Assembly (NCBI RefSeq): GCF_006345805.1
Contig: NC_043001.1
Span: forward strand, 90,706,001 to 90,770,000
DNA: 64,000 nt
Direction of reading: 5' to 3'
DNA from: Octopus sinensis
Taxonomy: Eukaryota
How positions within the stretch are numbered: position 1 is the first letter of the stretch; the number at the start of each line of letters is the position of its first letter. The translations under genes were made by a program, and so were the position numbers. Below are positions 52,220-64,000 of this stretch, in pieces. The notes beneath the pieces are model-generated. The model ran no database searches and had not been told where the DNA came from. It saw nothing but the letters and a program-made list of their open reading frames with translations.

Positions 52220-53583
52220 TTAAAATACACTTAATCATGATAGACTGCATAGAGTTCATGCTGTAAAGTGTTTGGTTATAGAAGGGCATCATCATCATCG
52301 CTTAACGTCCACTTTCCATGCTGGCATGGGTTGGACGATTTGACTGAAGTCTGGCGAACCAGATGGCTGCACCAGACTCCAATCTGATCTTGATGCCCTT
52401 CCTAACACCAACCACTCCAAGAGTGTAGTGGGTGCTTTTACGTGCCAGTCAGGTGGTATTAGCAATGGCCACGCTCAAATGGTGCTTTTTATGTGCCACC
52501 TGCACAGGAGCCAGTCCAGCAGCACTGGCAACGACCTCGCTCAAATGTTTTTCACATGCCACCAGCACAAGTGCCAGTAAGGCAACGCAGGTAACGATCA
52601 CGCTCAAATGGTTCTATTTTTACGTGCCACCAGCACAGAGGCCAGCTTATTGCTCTGGCAATGATCACGCTCATATGGTACTCTTAGCACTCCACTAGCA
52701 TGGATAAAAACATGTTAAACAGATATAACAACGAAGATTGAAATGGTATGTTTTATTTTCAATGGTTTGGTCTGGAATAAATGGTTTGTGTCATGTCCTT
52801 TACAGATCTCCAGTGACCAGTGAGATCAATGCAACTGATGCTCTTGTTGAACACCTCCAGGTAGATGGATGTGGAGAGAAACATGAGTGTGCGGGAATAA
52901 GACAAGTTTAGTAGTGTGTGAGATATAGAGACATAACTAAGAAGACCCACTTTCAGAACAGGAAGGTCTGTGGCTAATGGTGAAATTCTGTGCGATATGT
53001 CCAATAATTACCAGTCTGGAAAAGATGATGTAAAATAGAGTTGTTGTTGATGATGATGACAATCGTAGCATCAACAATGGGGGGGGGGGGACAATGACAA
53101 CAACAACAGCAATGATAATGAAGAATGGTAATGATGGTGACCATGATGATGATGATGTTCATGATGACAAGAACAAAGAGCAGAAAGGAGAATGTTGTGG
53201 TGGCAGTGGTGGTGATGATGACAACAACAACAAAGAATGATGATGATAATTATGATGTTCATGAGGACAACAAAGAAGAAAAAGAAGAATGATTGAGGTG
53301 GTGGTGATGATGAGGAGGATGGAGAGGAATGTGGTAGTGGTGAAAATGGTGGACGTGAAGTCAACAGCAGCAGCCATACATCATAGGTACAAAACACTGA
53401 AATGCTCCTGTACCTTTTTAGAACAGGTTTTCTCTACAAAGCAGCTAATTACAATATCAATATTTTATTCCTTCAAAAGTCACTTCTTGTACAATGAAAT
53501 AAATAAAAAAAAAACAATTGAAAATGTAAATAAATTCAAAGAACATACAACTTTTCTAAGCTGTGACAAAAGAAAACACATAC

Positions 53584-53650
53584 CTATGCCGTTATTAAAG
53601 TTCTTTACCATTTTCTTATAATCTAATGGAAAAGAAATTTTTCCAGATGC
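53584..53650 (-). CDS. CCDC15: CCDC15-like small internal exon (ASGKISFPLDYKKMVKNFNNGIG)
   Basis: 67 nt, acceptor ttttattttctag|GCA, donor ATAG|gtatgt. Phase 0 in and phase 1 out exactly bridges the 57476 and 49684 exons. Confidence 0.65.
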
Positions 53651-53895
53651 CTAGAAAATAAAATATTTTTTAATAAATTTCAGTTTTTTTTCTTCTTCAT
53701 TTCTTCTGACTTCTAAAGTTCAATTCTGAAATTTAAATATTAAATGTGGTTGATTCCAGCCTGCACAAAGTTCTCTTGTTCTTTAATAATATTACACCCT
53801 GAACTCACCTATTACTTTACTCTAAAACATATATATTGAGTTCTAACTAATAATTATTAGCATCACTCAGCCAAAGTGAAATCATTATATACATA

Positions 53896-55474
53896 CCAGG
53901 TGGTATCAAAAAGCTCCCAGACTAGTTCTGTAGTGTGCCAACAGATGGCAGCACATGGTTATGTGCAAAGTGAGAGTCTGCAGTGACCTTCATGAGGCAA
54001 TGTGCCAAGTGATATTATTGTGTTTAGTTTGCAAGTTGTGAAATTTGTGTTTTGGAGATCATGTATATGCTGTAGTCTATGGTTTTTGTCATTAACAGGA
54101 AGTTGGAACAAAGAGCCTACATGAAATTTTGCATTAAACTTGGGAAGTCTGCAACAGATATTGAGCATGATTCAAGAAGCTTATAGTGACAAGGCAATCA
54201 GTTGTACACAATGTTTTAAGTTATTTCTTTACTGCCCACAAGAGGCTAAACATAGAGGGGACAAACAAGGACAGAGAAAGGGATTAAGTCGATTACATCG
54301 ACCGCAAAAGGATGAAAGGTAAAGTCGACCTCAGTGAAACTTGAACTCAGAACATAGCAGCAAACGAAATACCGCTAAGCATTTCGCCCAGCATGCTGAC
54401 GTTTCTGCCAGCTTGCTGCCTTATGTTCCAAGTGGCATGGGTGCTTCATAAGTGGAGGAAAATCCCTGAAAAACCTGCCATGACCATCACCCCCAAAAAT
54501 GCGGAGAAAATTCATCAGCTTGTGCATGGGGATCGTCAGAGGACAACCAACAACATTGCTGATGTTGTTGATCTATCATATGGGTCCTTGAAGGCAATCC
54601 TAACATCTGAATTGAACATGTGTGCCTCTGCCAAGTTTGTCCTCCACCAGCTGACCACTGAGCAGAAAGAAAATTGCACTGTGGTCTGTCAAGATCTCCG
54701 TCAGTGCACTGCTGAAGACCCATCCCTCATGTCGAGGATCATCACCAGTGAAGACAGTTGGGTCCACATGTACAACCCTGATGAAGCAGCAGTCATAACA
54801 ACAGAAGGGCTTTTCATCTTCATGACAGAGCCACAGCTCAACCAAGAGCACACTCATCGTTTTTTTTCAACATCTGCAGTAGTGAGCATCAAGAATTCTT
54901 CCTCCAGCGCCAGACCGTCAATTGAGAGTTCTGCTATGATGTTTTGAAGTAATTGATGGAGGACATTCAACAAAAGCAATTGGATCTGTGGAACACAAAG
55001 AATTGGATTCTTCATGCTGACAATGTATCGTATCACTGAGCTCTCCTCACATGTGAGCTTCTCGCCAAGCAGAACATAGTATCACTTCCACACCCACCCT
55101 ATTTACTACACCCACCCTATTCGCCACACCCACCCTATTCACCACACCCACCCTATTCGCCACACCCACCCTATTCGCCACACCCACCCTATTCGCCAGA
55201 TTTAGCACCTGCAAAACTTCCATCTCTTCTCCAAAATGAAAATGCAGCTCAAAGGTCGTTATTTCAACGCAGTTTTCAAGATCCAGAGCCAATCCCAGAA
55301 GGTCCTCTCTTACAGAAAACAATTTCCAGGCTGGATTCCAAAAGTAGCAAGAAAGCTGGAACTGATATATCACTGCACAAGGTGACTATTTCAAAGGAAA
55401 TGATGTTAAAACTTAGGTAAATAATTTATTTTTCATTAAATATAACTAATCCAGGAACTTTTTGATACCACTTA
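53896..55474 (+). mobile_element. Full-length decayed mariner transposon with nested SINE B
   Basis: TIRs gtggtatcaaaaagctccc / ggaactttttgataccac with TA flanks; AKFVLHQLT, RIITSEDSWV and HPPYSPDLAP motifs. Confidence 0.85.
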
Positions 55475-55515
55475 TATGTCTGTATGTATATAATATACAT
55501 ATAAATGCACATATA

Positions 55516-55558
<43 letters not shown>

Positions 55559-55647
55559 TTACTCTCCCTCTGTATATATGTGTATGTGTGTGTATAAATT
55601 TATAAAAATATGTATAAATTATGTATATATATATATATATATACATA

Positions 55648-56688
55648 CAATCATCATCATCATCATTTAGCATCCACTTTTGATGCTGGCATGGGTTAGA
55701 TGGTTTGACTGGAACTGATAAGCCAGAGAGCTGCACCAGGTTCCAGTCTAATTTTGGCTTGGTTTCTACAACTGGATGCCCTTGCTAACACCAACCACTC
55801 CAAGAGTGTAGAGGGTACCTTTAACATGTCACTGGAACAGGTGTTTTTATGTGTCACTGGCATGGGTGCTTTTACATGTCACTAGCAGGGGTGTTGTTAA
55901 ATGTCACCAGCATCGGCCACAACTACAATTTCACTTGGCTTGACAAGTCTTCTCAAGCACAGCTAATCACCAAAGGTCATGATCACTCATCATCACTTCA
56001 AAGTTCATGCTTCACCACCTTATCCCATGTCTTCCTGGATCTACCTCTCACACAGATTCCCTCCACAGTTAGAGATCAGCACTTCTTTACACAGCTGTCC
56101 TAATCCATATGCATTGCTTGACCATACCAATGCAGTTGTCTCTCTTGAACACCATATCTGCTGCCTCTTATGCCCAATTTTTCTCTCAAGATGCTTACAC
56201 TCTGTCATACATACATACTGACATTGCACATCCAGCAGATTATATTGGATTCATTTCTTTCAAGCCTTTACATGTCCTCTGCAGTCACAGCCTATGTATC
56301 ACTGCCATATGGTATAGCTGTCTGCACACAGGCATCATACTGTCTGATTTTTAGTCTGAGGGAGAGGTCCTTTGTTGCCAACAGAGATAGGAGCTCTCTG
56401 AACTTTGCCCAGCCTATTCTTATTCTATCAGCTACACTCTCAGAGAATCCACCTCCACTGCTGACTTGGTAACCTAGATAACGAAAAGCTATCAACTACT
56501 TCTAAGTATCCCATCTGGTACTTGATGGTGTCTACTTTCTGTACATTTCTAGTGTTTATTGTTCCTGTGCATCTGCCACACACAAAGACTTTTTCCCTGT
56601 TAACCTTCCTCTGATATTGCTGCACCTCTTATGTGTCCATAGCTTGCACTGTGTACATCTTATGAAGTTTCTACCTACACCTTTTCCT
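55648..56688 (-). mobile_element. RTE LINE 3' fragment
   Basis: RIRIGWAKFRELLSLL...; 3' tail. Confidence 0.85.
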
Positions 56689-57475
56689 ACATATAAGTTT
56701 TAGGGTTAGTGACAAACAAAATATACACCACCGGAAGTTCTTGTTGACAAACAACAGCAGTAATTTTATTCAGCTGAATACACATCATTGATTGGTTGAA
56801 ATTACCGAAATACAAGAACTTTAAGGTGAAATTACTTCGTAAATCTAAGTTTTTTCTCAAAAATGCTAAGAGTAAAACATGTTTTATATAACACATTCTA
56901 CCAGTGTCCGAAGTTTGAAAGTGTTTAGTTACAAAAAATTATTTTTTAAATCTGCTGGTTAAAGTGAAAAGATTGAATGATAATAATCCTTTCTACTATA
57001 AGCACAAGGCCTAAAATTTTGGGGAAGGAGCCTAGTCAATTACATCGACCCCAGTACTCAACTGGTACTTAATTTATCAACTCCAAAAGGTGAAAGGCAA
57101 AGTTGATCTTGGCAGAATTTGAACTCAGAACATAAGGACAGGCAAAATGCCGAGTGGAATTTTGCCTGGCATGCTAATGATTCTGCCAGTTTGCCACTTT
57201 ATAATAAGTAAAAATAATTAAGAACAGCCAGGATTGTTTGAAAGGTTCTTGATATCTAAAGAAACTAGTTGTGACCCAGTATCAAGAACACTGATTCTAA
57301 ATGTAACACATTTGTGCACGCCTTTAAATAATAATTTCTTAGATTGGCACAAGACCACAAATTATCTTCATCCTGGTGCTTAACTGGTTTATTTTAGTGA
57401 CCTTAAAATATGACCCTAAAACATTAAGAGACAAAGACAATCCCTGCATAAAGTGAACAACAGTAATAAACTTAC

Positions 57476-57724
57476 TTCTTTTGTCTTATCAGAGCTAACA
57501 GATACAACAGTTTTTCCTGGATTTAATTTGGCAGTACCAGTTGTTAAATTATTTATAGTTGTGTGATTTGATTTACAATGATTCTTGGGTTTGTTTAATG
57601 TAGTATCAACATTACCAGAATCTGCTATGAATTGTTCAGTCTGGGAAGTTTTGTTGGTATTTTGCTGGGATGATTGTAATTCAGTATTCATGCAGTTTCT
57701 CAAGACATCTTGGGCTACATCAAG
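57476..57724 (-). CDS. CCDC15: CCDC15-like internal exon (LDVAQDVLRNCMNTELQ...SSDKTKE), low-complexity linker
   Basis: 249-nt open frame, acceptor tttcag|CTT, donor GAA|gtaagt, phase 0/0 matching neighbouring exons. Confidence 0.7.
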
Positions 57725-59010
57725 CTGAAATTAATCAATGTTCTATATTTTACATATGATGATTTCCAAAAAATTGAAATTTAGTTGACATAAAATTCAT
57801 ACAAAGCTGTAGGTAGACAACCACGAGGGAAATGAATCATCAGCTGAAAGGTAGGCAGATGGCATCCTGACACTAGCTAAGAAGGTATTTATGTCTGTAG
57901 GCCTTTAAAACAATTAGCAAAAGTTTGGTACATATAACCAAACCATGCCCTCTTGTGAGATGGTCGACCGTACTTTTGGTCTCAGTCATATATTCCACTT
58001 AGCAATAAACAAATACTACAGGAGGATGCAATTCACTGCTGAGAGCAGCAAAACTGCTAAAGTTGATAAGCATTTTCAGTATACCTTAAGTGCAGACACA
58101 GATATGTGGTTGACAAGACGCTTCCCAACGATGTGGTCTCAGGATCACTCCCACAACGTGGCACTTTAGGCATGTATCTTCTACTACTTGGTAGACAAAA
58201 AAAAAGATGAAAGAAACATGTATGTATAATAATAATAATAATAATAATAATAATTGTGTACAGTGCTCAGGTGCACTACAACTCATCTAAAGTGTATATA
58301 TAATCAGGTGTAGTTTCGGCGGATTTCGGAAAGCATGAGGGCCTTAAAAGATGCAGTGTCATGGCAGTCAACAACTGACGCAGGCAGTTTAAAGTAATAA
58401 ACAATTATGTGATGAACTTTGTTCATCTTCTAGCTGTTTCTGGTATACGGTGCAATGCACTCATAGTTGAGTGTTTGGGTTTCGCCCTAGAGCTTCACTG
58501 AAGCTTGATTTGGCAGAGCTTCTACGGCTGGATGCCCTTCCTAACGCCAACCAATCTGAGAGTGTAGTGGGTGCTTTTACGTGCCACCAGCATGAGGGCC
58601 AGTCAGGCAGTACTGGCAATGGTCACGGAAAATCGTGTTTTTTCATTTTTTTATGTGTCACCTGCACACCAGCACAAGTGCCAGTAAGGCAACGCTGGTA
58701 ACGATCACATACAGGTATTGACACGAATGACTAAAACATTTGCTGGCAGTGCTCCTCTATGGCCACAATCACTATACATGAGTGTGAGACCCAATTTTGA
58801 CCATAGGCTCAGGAACAGGGGGCACAGGGAGTGCAAGTGCACTATCTACAATTCTTATGGTGCAATGTAAACACTTTGAAAGTTTTGGGTTGGAGCAGGG
58901 TTAGCATCTAATAAGCAAATTTCATTCCTACACATATAGCTTTGACTGCCAGTTCCAACAATGTAACATTACAATAAGACCTCCTTTAATGAAATCCTTA
59001 AATTACTCAC

Positions 59011-59160
59011 CTCTTTCATGCTCAGTTCCAATTCTTTCTGCTTTTTCTTTTGTTGAATGGCTGCAACACGTTTTCTGAGACGATTTTGAAACTGTCGTTG
59101 GCGGACTTCTTTCTCTTGTTGCCGTTTTACATTTTTCTCTTCTTCTTCAACAGCCAACAG
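59011..59160 (-). CDS. CCDC15: CCDC15-like coiled-coil protein, internal exon ([50 protein letters not shown])
   Basis: 150-nt phase 0/0 exon between an AG acceptor (atatag|CTG) and a strong donor (GAG|gtgagt). Peptide resembles the CCDC15 N-terminal coiled coil (EEELKEQ...FQKQVKYRV) as recalled from the human protein. Confidence 0.8.
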
Positions 59161-59251
<91 letters not shown>

Positions 59252-59359
59252 TACATATATATATATATACGTACACACATACATACATATATATATATAT
59301 ATGTACACACACATACATACATATATATACGTACACACAAACATATATATATCCTTACA

Positions 59360-59510
59360 CATCTCACGGCTGTTTTCATTCCTCAGCTTCACTCTGTATT
59401 TCATATCTTCGCTATAATAACTCTGATGAAGGGATAAATAAAATACCCTGGAAACAGCTGTTAGATCTTTTTATAAATGTTCTGAAAACTATTCACAGCA
59501 TTGGATTTTT
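59360..59510 (+). mobile_element. Short pLTR-like fragment with degenerate hammerhead (59417-59466) and 16-bp inverted 5' piece
   Basis: CUGAUGA-AGGG...CCCUG-GAAA-CAGCUG-UU^AGAU; atctcacggctgtttt (59361-59376) is an imperfect inverted copy of gaaacagctgttagat. Confidence 0.55.
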
Positions 59511-59512
59511 TT

Positions 59513-59514
<2 letters not shown>

Positions 59515-59562
<48 letters not shown>

Positions 59563-59596
59563 TTTTTCTTTTCTTTCTTTCTTTCTTTCTTTCTTT

Positions 59597-59636
<40 letters not shown>

Positions 59637-59643
59637 TTTTTCT

Positions 59644-59679
<36 letters not shown>

Positions 59680-59688
59680 TTTTTCTTT

Positions 59689-59728
<40 letters not shown>

Positions 59729-59784
59729 TTCTTTCTTTCTTTTTTCTTTCTTTCTTCTTTCTTTCTTCTTTCTTTCTTTCTTCT

Positions 59785-59821
<37 letters not shown>

Positions 59822-59883
59822 TTTTTGTTTGTTTGTTGTTTGTTTGTTTGTGTTTGTTTGTTTGTCTGTCTGTCTGTCTGTCT

Positions 59884-59937
<54 letters not shown>

Positions 59938-60006
59938 AGTCAGTCAGTCAGTCAGTCAGTCAGTCAGTCAGTCAGTCAGTCAGTCAGTCAGTCAGTCAGT
60001 CATCAT
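59515..60006. repeat. Compound microsatellite (TTTC)n-(TTTG)n-(TCTG)n-(TCAG)n-(TCA)n
   Basis: Directly visible. Confidence 0.95.
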
Positions 60007-61712
60007 TTAACGTCCGCTTTCCATGCTAGCATGGGTTGGACGAATGACTGAGGGCTGGCGAACCAGGTGGTTGCACCAGGCTTCAATCTTGATCTGGCAG
60101 AGTTTCTACAGCTCGATGCCCTTCCTAACACCAACCACTCCAAGAGTGTAGTGGGTGCTTTTACGTGCCACCGGTACTGGCAACGACCTCGCTCAAATCT
60201 TTTTACACATGCCACTGGCACAGATGCCAGTAAGGTGATGCTGGTAACGATCACACTCGAATGGTGTCTTTTACGTGCCACCGGCACGGAGGCCAAATAG
60301 CTACTTTGGCAATGATCACGCTCGGATGGTGCTCTTTAAGGCGACGCTGGTTACAATCACACTCCAATGGTGCCTTTTAAGTGCCACTGACATGGAAGCC
60401 GCTTAGCCACTCTGTCAATGGTCACACTCATATGGTGCTCTTTGCACCCCGCTAGCACGGATGCCAGTCATCAAATTTGATTTTGATTTTTGATTTTTGA
60501 TTTCACTTGCCTCAACAGGTCTTCGCAGCAGAGTTTTAGTGTCCAAAGAAGGAAAAGGTACGCATAAGTGGGATGGTAACACCCCTGGCATAGGCCACAA
60601 GATTATGGTCTCATTTGGCTTGCCAGGTCTTCTCACGCACAGCATATTTCCAAAGGTCACGGTCACTAGTCATTTCCTCGGTGAGGCTCAAAGTTCAAAG
60701 GTCATGCTTCACCACTTCATCCCAGGTCTTCCTCTTCCTGGGTCTACCTCTTCCACAGGTTCCCTCAACCGCTAGGGTGTGGCACTTTTTCACACAGTTG
60801 CCCTCATCCATTCTCACTACATGACCATACCAGCGCAGTCGTCTCTCTTGCACACCACATCTGATGCTTCTTAGGTCCAACATTTCTCTCAAGGTACTTA
60901 CACTCTGTCGAGTATGCACACTGACATTACACATCCATTGGATCATACTGGCTTCGTTCCTTGCGAGCTTACACATCTTCTCAGCAGTCACAGCCCATGC
61001 TTCACTGCCATGTAGCATGGCTGTTCGTACATATGCGCCATACAGTCTACCTTTTACTCTGAGCGAGAGGCCTTTTGTCACCAGCAGAGGTAAGAGCTCT
61101 CTGAACTTTGCCCAAGCTATTCTTATTCTAGCAGCTACACTTTCAGCGCACCCTCCCCCACTACTGACTTGGTCACCTACATAACGGAAGCTATCAACTA
61201 CTTCAAGTTTTCTTCCCTAGAATGTGGCGGAAGTTGTTATCTGCACATTTTCAGTGTTTATTGCTCCTGAGCATCTGCCACATACAAAAACTATCTTCCC
61301 CGTTAGCCTCCCTTTGATATCACTGCATCTCTTATGTGTCCATAGCTTACACTGGGTACATCTTATAGAGTTTCTACCTATGCCTCTACTACAGATTGAG
61401 CAGGGCCATCTACCTGAAGGGATTTGTGGTTTGCCTGCCTTTCTACTTATTAGGACTTTGGTTTTAGCTAGGTTAATTCTAAGGCCCTTCGATTCTAATC
61501 CTTGTTTCCACACCTGAAACTTCTCTTCTGGTTCTGATAGTGACTCAGCAATTAGAGCAAGGTCATCAGCATAGAGGAGCTCCCAGGGGCATCCTGTCTT
61601 GAATTCCTCCGTTATTGTCTGGAGGACTATGATAAATAGGAGGGGGCTGGTAACTGACCCTTGGTGGACCCCTACCTCTACCCTGAATTCTTCAGTGTAC
61701 TCGTTGCCAACT
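60001..61712 (-). mobile_element. RTE LINE 3' 1.7 kb, best-preserved copy in the window
   Basis: VEVGVHQGSVTSPLLFIIVL...GCPWELLYADDL...GRWPCSICSRG...CKLWTHKRCS...RERRLRWYGHV-like...RGRPRK. Confidence 0.92.
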
Positions 61713-63569
61713 GTGTAAAATAATGCAATCTTCTCATCAGGACAGAAAGAGAACCTATCTCAACAACAAGACATTATAACAATTTTGATGACTGCATAAA
61801 TGATAAACAGAATGCTATTAAGTATTTTAAAAAAACTGTTAGTAGATCTGACGTCAAAGGCAGACCCTAGGAAGAGAAGGGGTAAAGAAATATTAAGTAG
61901 AGAACAAATAAAGAGGGATATATTGGTTAAAAAAATGTTCAAAGGCTTGGAAGTAGATTTCTCTATTGAAGTAAAGTGCAACTATACAGACTGGTAAAAA
62001 TCACTTATATGAGCTAAAGGTATGTTTCTGCCAGTGCTTACATTTGTAAGATCGCTCTATATGTGTGTTAACAAGACAACAATAAAGATTTTAAGTTAGA
62101 TTGGTTCATCCTGTCCATATCTTTCCCTTATGATAAGGGCAAAGGATTTTGTAACATTTGCAACTCTGAACTCTTCCATATTCTCTTCTCTAAGAATCCT
62201 TCATTTTCAATATCATCTTTTCCACTTTATTTTATTCCAATTTTCTCTTTCCGTATCTCCAGTTATCTTTCCCTCCCCTCTGATGTACATCTTTGCTTTG
62301 CCATTTCTCAAATTTTAATGCACTTTTATATCAGTCACTCGCTCCCCTCTCACCCTTTGTCCCCATTCACTATAACCAACCCTAAGAACCCCTGACCTCC
62401 ATCTGTCGATGTACATATCTCTCTCTTCCTCTGCTCCACCCTCCCTCCTCCCACATCATCTCACTATTTGATGATCGATCTGCAGACTTATTATATTCCT
62501 GTTTAACTTTTTAAGAACGACCCTATCCTTTTATATAACTATTTCTCTCTTTGACTAGGATGCAGGTATGGCTGTGTCGTACGAGGCTTGCTTAACAGTA
62601 CTGTCCCACCTTCAGCAAGTGTCTTCTTCTATAGACCAGGGCTGATCAAAGCCTTGTGAGTGGATCTGGTAGAAAATGAAAGAAGCATGGATGGATGAAT
62701 GAACATATGCATGCATGCATGTATCCTTTTATATGATTGTCCTCCCCCACTACTTGAAAACCAGCATTGGTTTGTTTACATCTTGCGATTTGGCAGGATT
62801 TAAAATATTGCCAATAAAAGCACACACGCTGATTATATTTTACTTCAACTAAATCACACTTTAAAAAAATTAGTACTGTGGTTGATTTGTTCAACTCAAT
62901 TCTTCAAGGCAGTGCCCCAGCATGAGCGCAGTCTAATAACTGAAGCAAGTGAAAGATAGATGTTAAGCAAATACTAGCATATATCAATTCATTTCTCTAT
63001 TTCTTCCTGAAACAACTGTTGTCCTCTTCTTCTCTAGTCATATTCTCCTCTTCTAATTCTTTTATGGGGAAAATTACTGGGGATCCTTTTGGCAGCATAA
63101 AGATAACAATTGTCTCTTCTCTTCTGATAATTCTTTCAAGAACTGGGAATTTTTTTTTTTTTGTTTTTTAAATTTTCTTACTAGTCTTTTTCTTCTCTCT
63201 CTCTCTCTCTTTCTCCATATGTGTTTTACTAAGAATACAAAAATAATTTCTTCATTCTGCTAATTCTGGTACATTAACTTCCTTATATTTGTGCATTATC
63301 TGTTTCTTTATTACCCACAAGGGGCTAAACATAGAGGGGACAAACGGATTGAGTTGATTACATCGACCCCAGTGCATAACTGGTATTTAATTTATTGACC
63401 TCGAAAGGATGAAAGGCTACGCATTTCGCCTGGCGTGCTAAAGGTTCTGCCAGCTCACTGCCCTAGTTCCTTATATTTGTGTATTATCGTGTGTGTGCGC
63501 GCACTCTCATGTTGTAAGCCATCTATCTCTTGGTTTATCATAGTATCATATAACAAAGATAATCATATC

Positions 63570-63829
63570 TATTTTTTGTTTTTGTTTTTGGATTTGGTTT
63601 GCAAGATTCTCTATGTGAGTTCGTGTGTTGAAGCATATTCTGTTGTGTCTGGGGAGAGTCATTTTCTTTTTGTGGCTTATAATTTAACACACTCACCGGT
63701 AAAATTTCCACTTATCTCTTATTTTCATTTTCCTAAAATTTTTGTTGCATCTAGCAACCTTTTCAATGCAGTCAAGATTATTGAAAAGGTTGCAAGACGC
63801 AACGAAAACTTTAGGAAAATAAAAATAAG
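63570..63829. mobile_element. Head-to-head copy of the 49217-49460 family
   Basis: Minus-oriented arm 63570-63768 followed by a plus-oriented arm starting gtcaagattattgaaaagg at 63771. Confidence 0.7.
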
Positions 63830-64000
63830 GGATCTTTTCGGTTTGAACGGCAGTTTTTTCTAGCAGTGTTATATGAAATTGTCACCCATAATTATGACCC
63901 TAGTATCGATCTATTGCATTTCAATCTGTTTTAGGGTTAGTTATGGTTAGTTAGGGTTAGGGTGGGGGGGAAGGGTAACTTTTTTCTTCACAAATGTAAA
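63830..64000 (+). mobile_element. Third copy of the Merlin-like MITE (cut by window end)
   Basis: Same TIR and internal sequence as 44007-44415. Confidence 0.8.

Noticed and set aside
53040-53345. His/Cys/Ser-rich ORFs
   Set aside because: Decayed trinucleotide repeats (GAT, CAA, GGT); same for 23400-23800.
57757-57847. C/D-box snoRNA candidate (TGATGA ... CTGA)
   Set aside because: No terminal stem or recognisable guide sequence; such boxes occur by chance in AT-rich DNA.
59050-60051. 333-aa ORF
   Set aside because: Antisense to a real exon, then (TTTC)n/(TCTG)n repeats.

Overview
AT-rich, microsatellite-saturated eukaryotic genomic DNA. The tRNA-derived SINEs, RTE LINEs with (GAT)n tails and (TA)n/(CA)n tracts look like an octopus genome (inference from repeat content). 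One host gene is supportable: five minus-strand exons of a CCDC15-like gene (59160 down to 34046) with consistent splice phases. Its first and last exons were not located. The rest is mostly decayed transposable elements: CR1, RTE and R4/Dong-type LINEs, a Penelope-like remnant, mariner/Tc1 fossils, piggyBac-, hAT- and Merlin-like MITEs, and three or more SINE families. Most ORFs in the supplied track are microsatellite artefacts. The most interesting signal is a set of short non-coding elements, several with a head-to-head inverted copy and many embedded in (TA)n tracts, that carry minimal type-I hammerhead ribozyme motifs (about 9 sites of several unrelated families). Two families show the compensatory U3:A8 core in place of C3:G8. 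The best example is a 362-nt retrozyme-like unit at 26.4-27.2 kb. All folding and alignments were done by eye.
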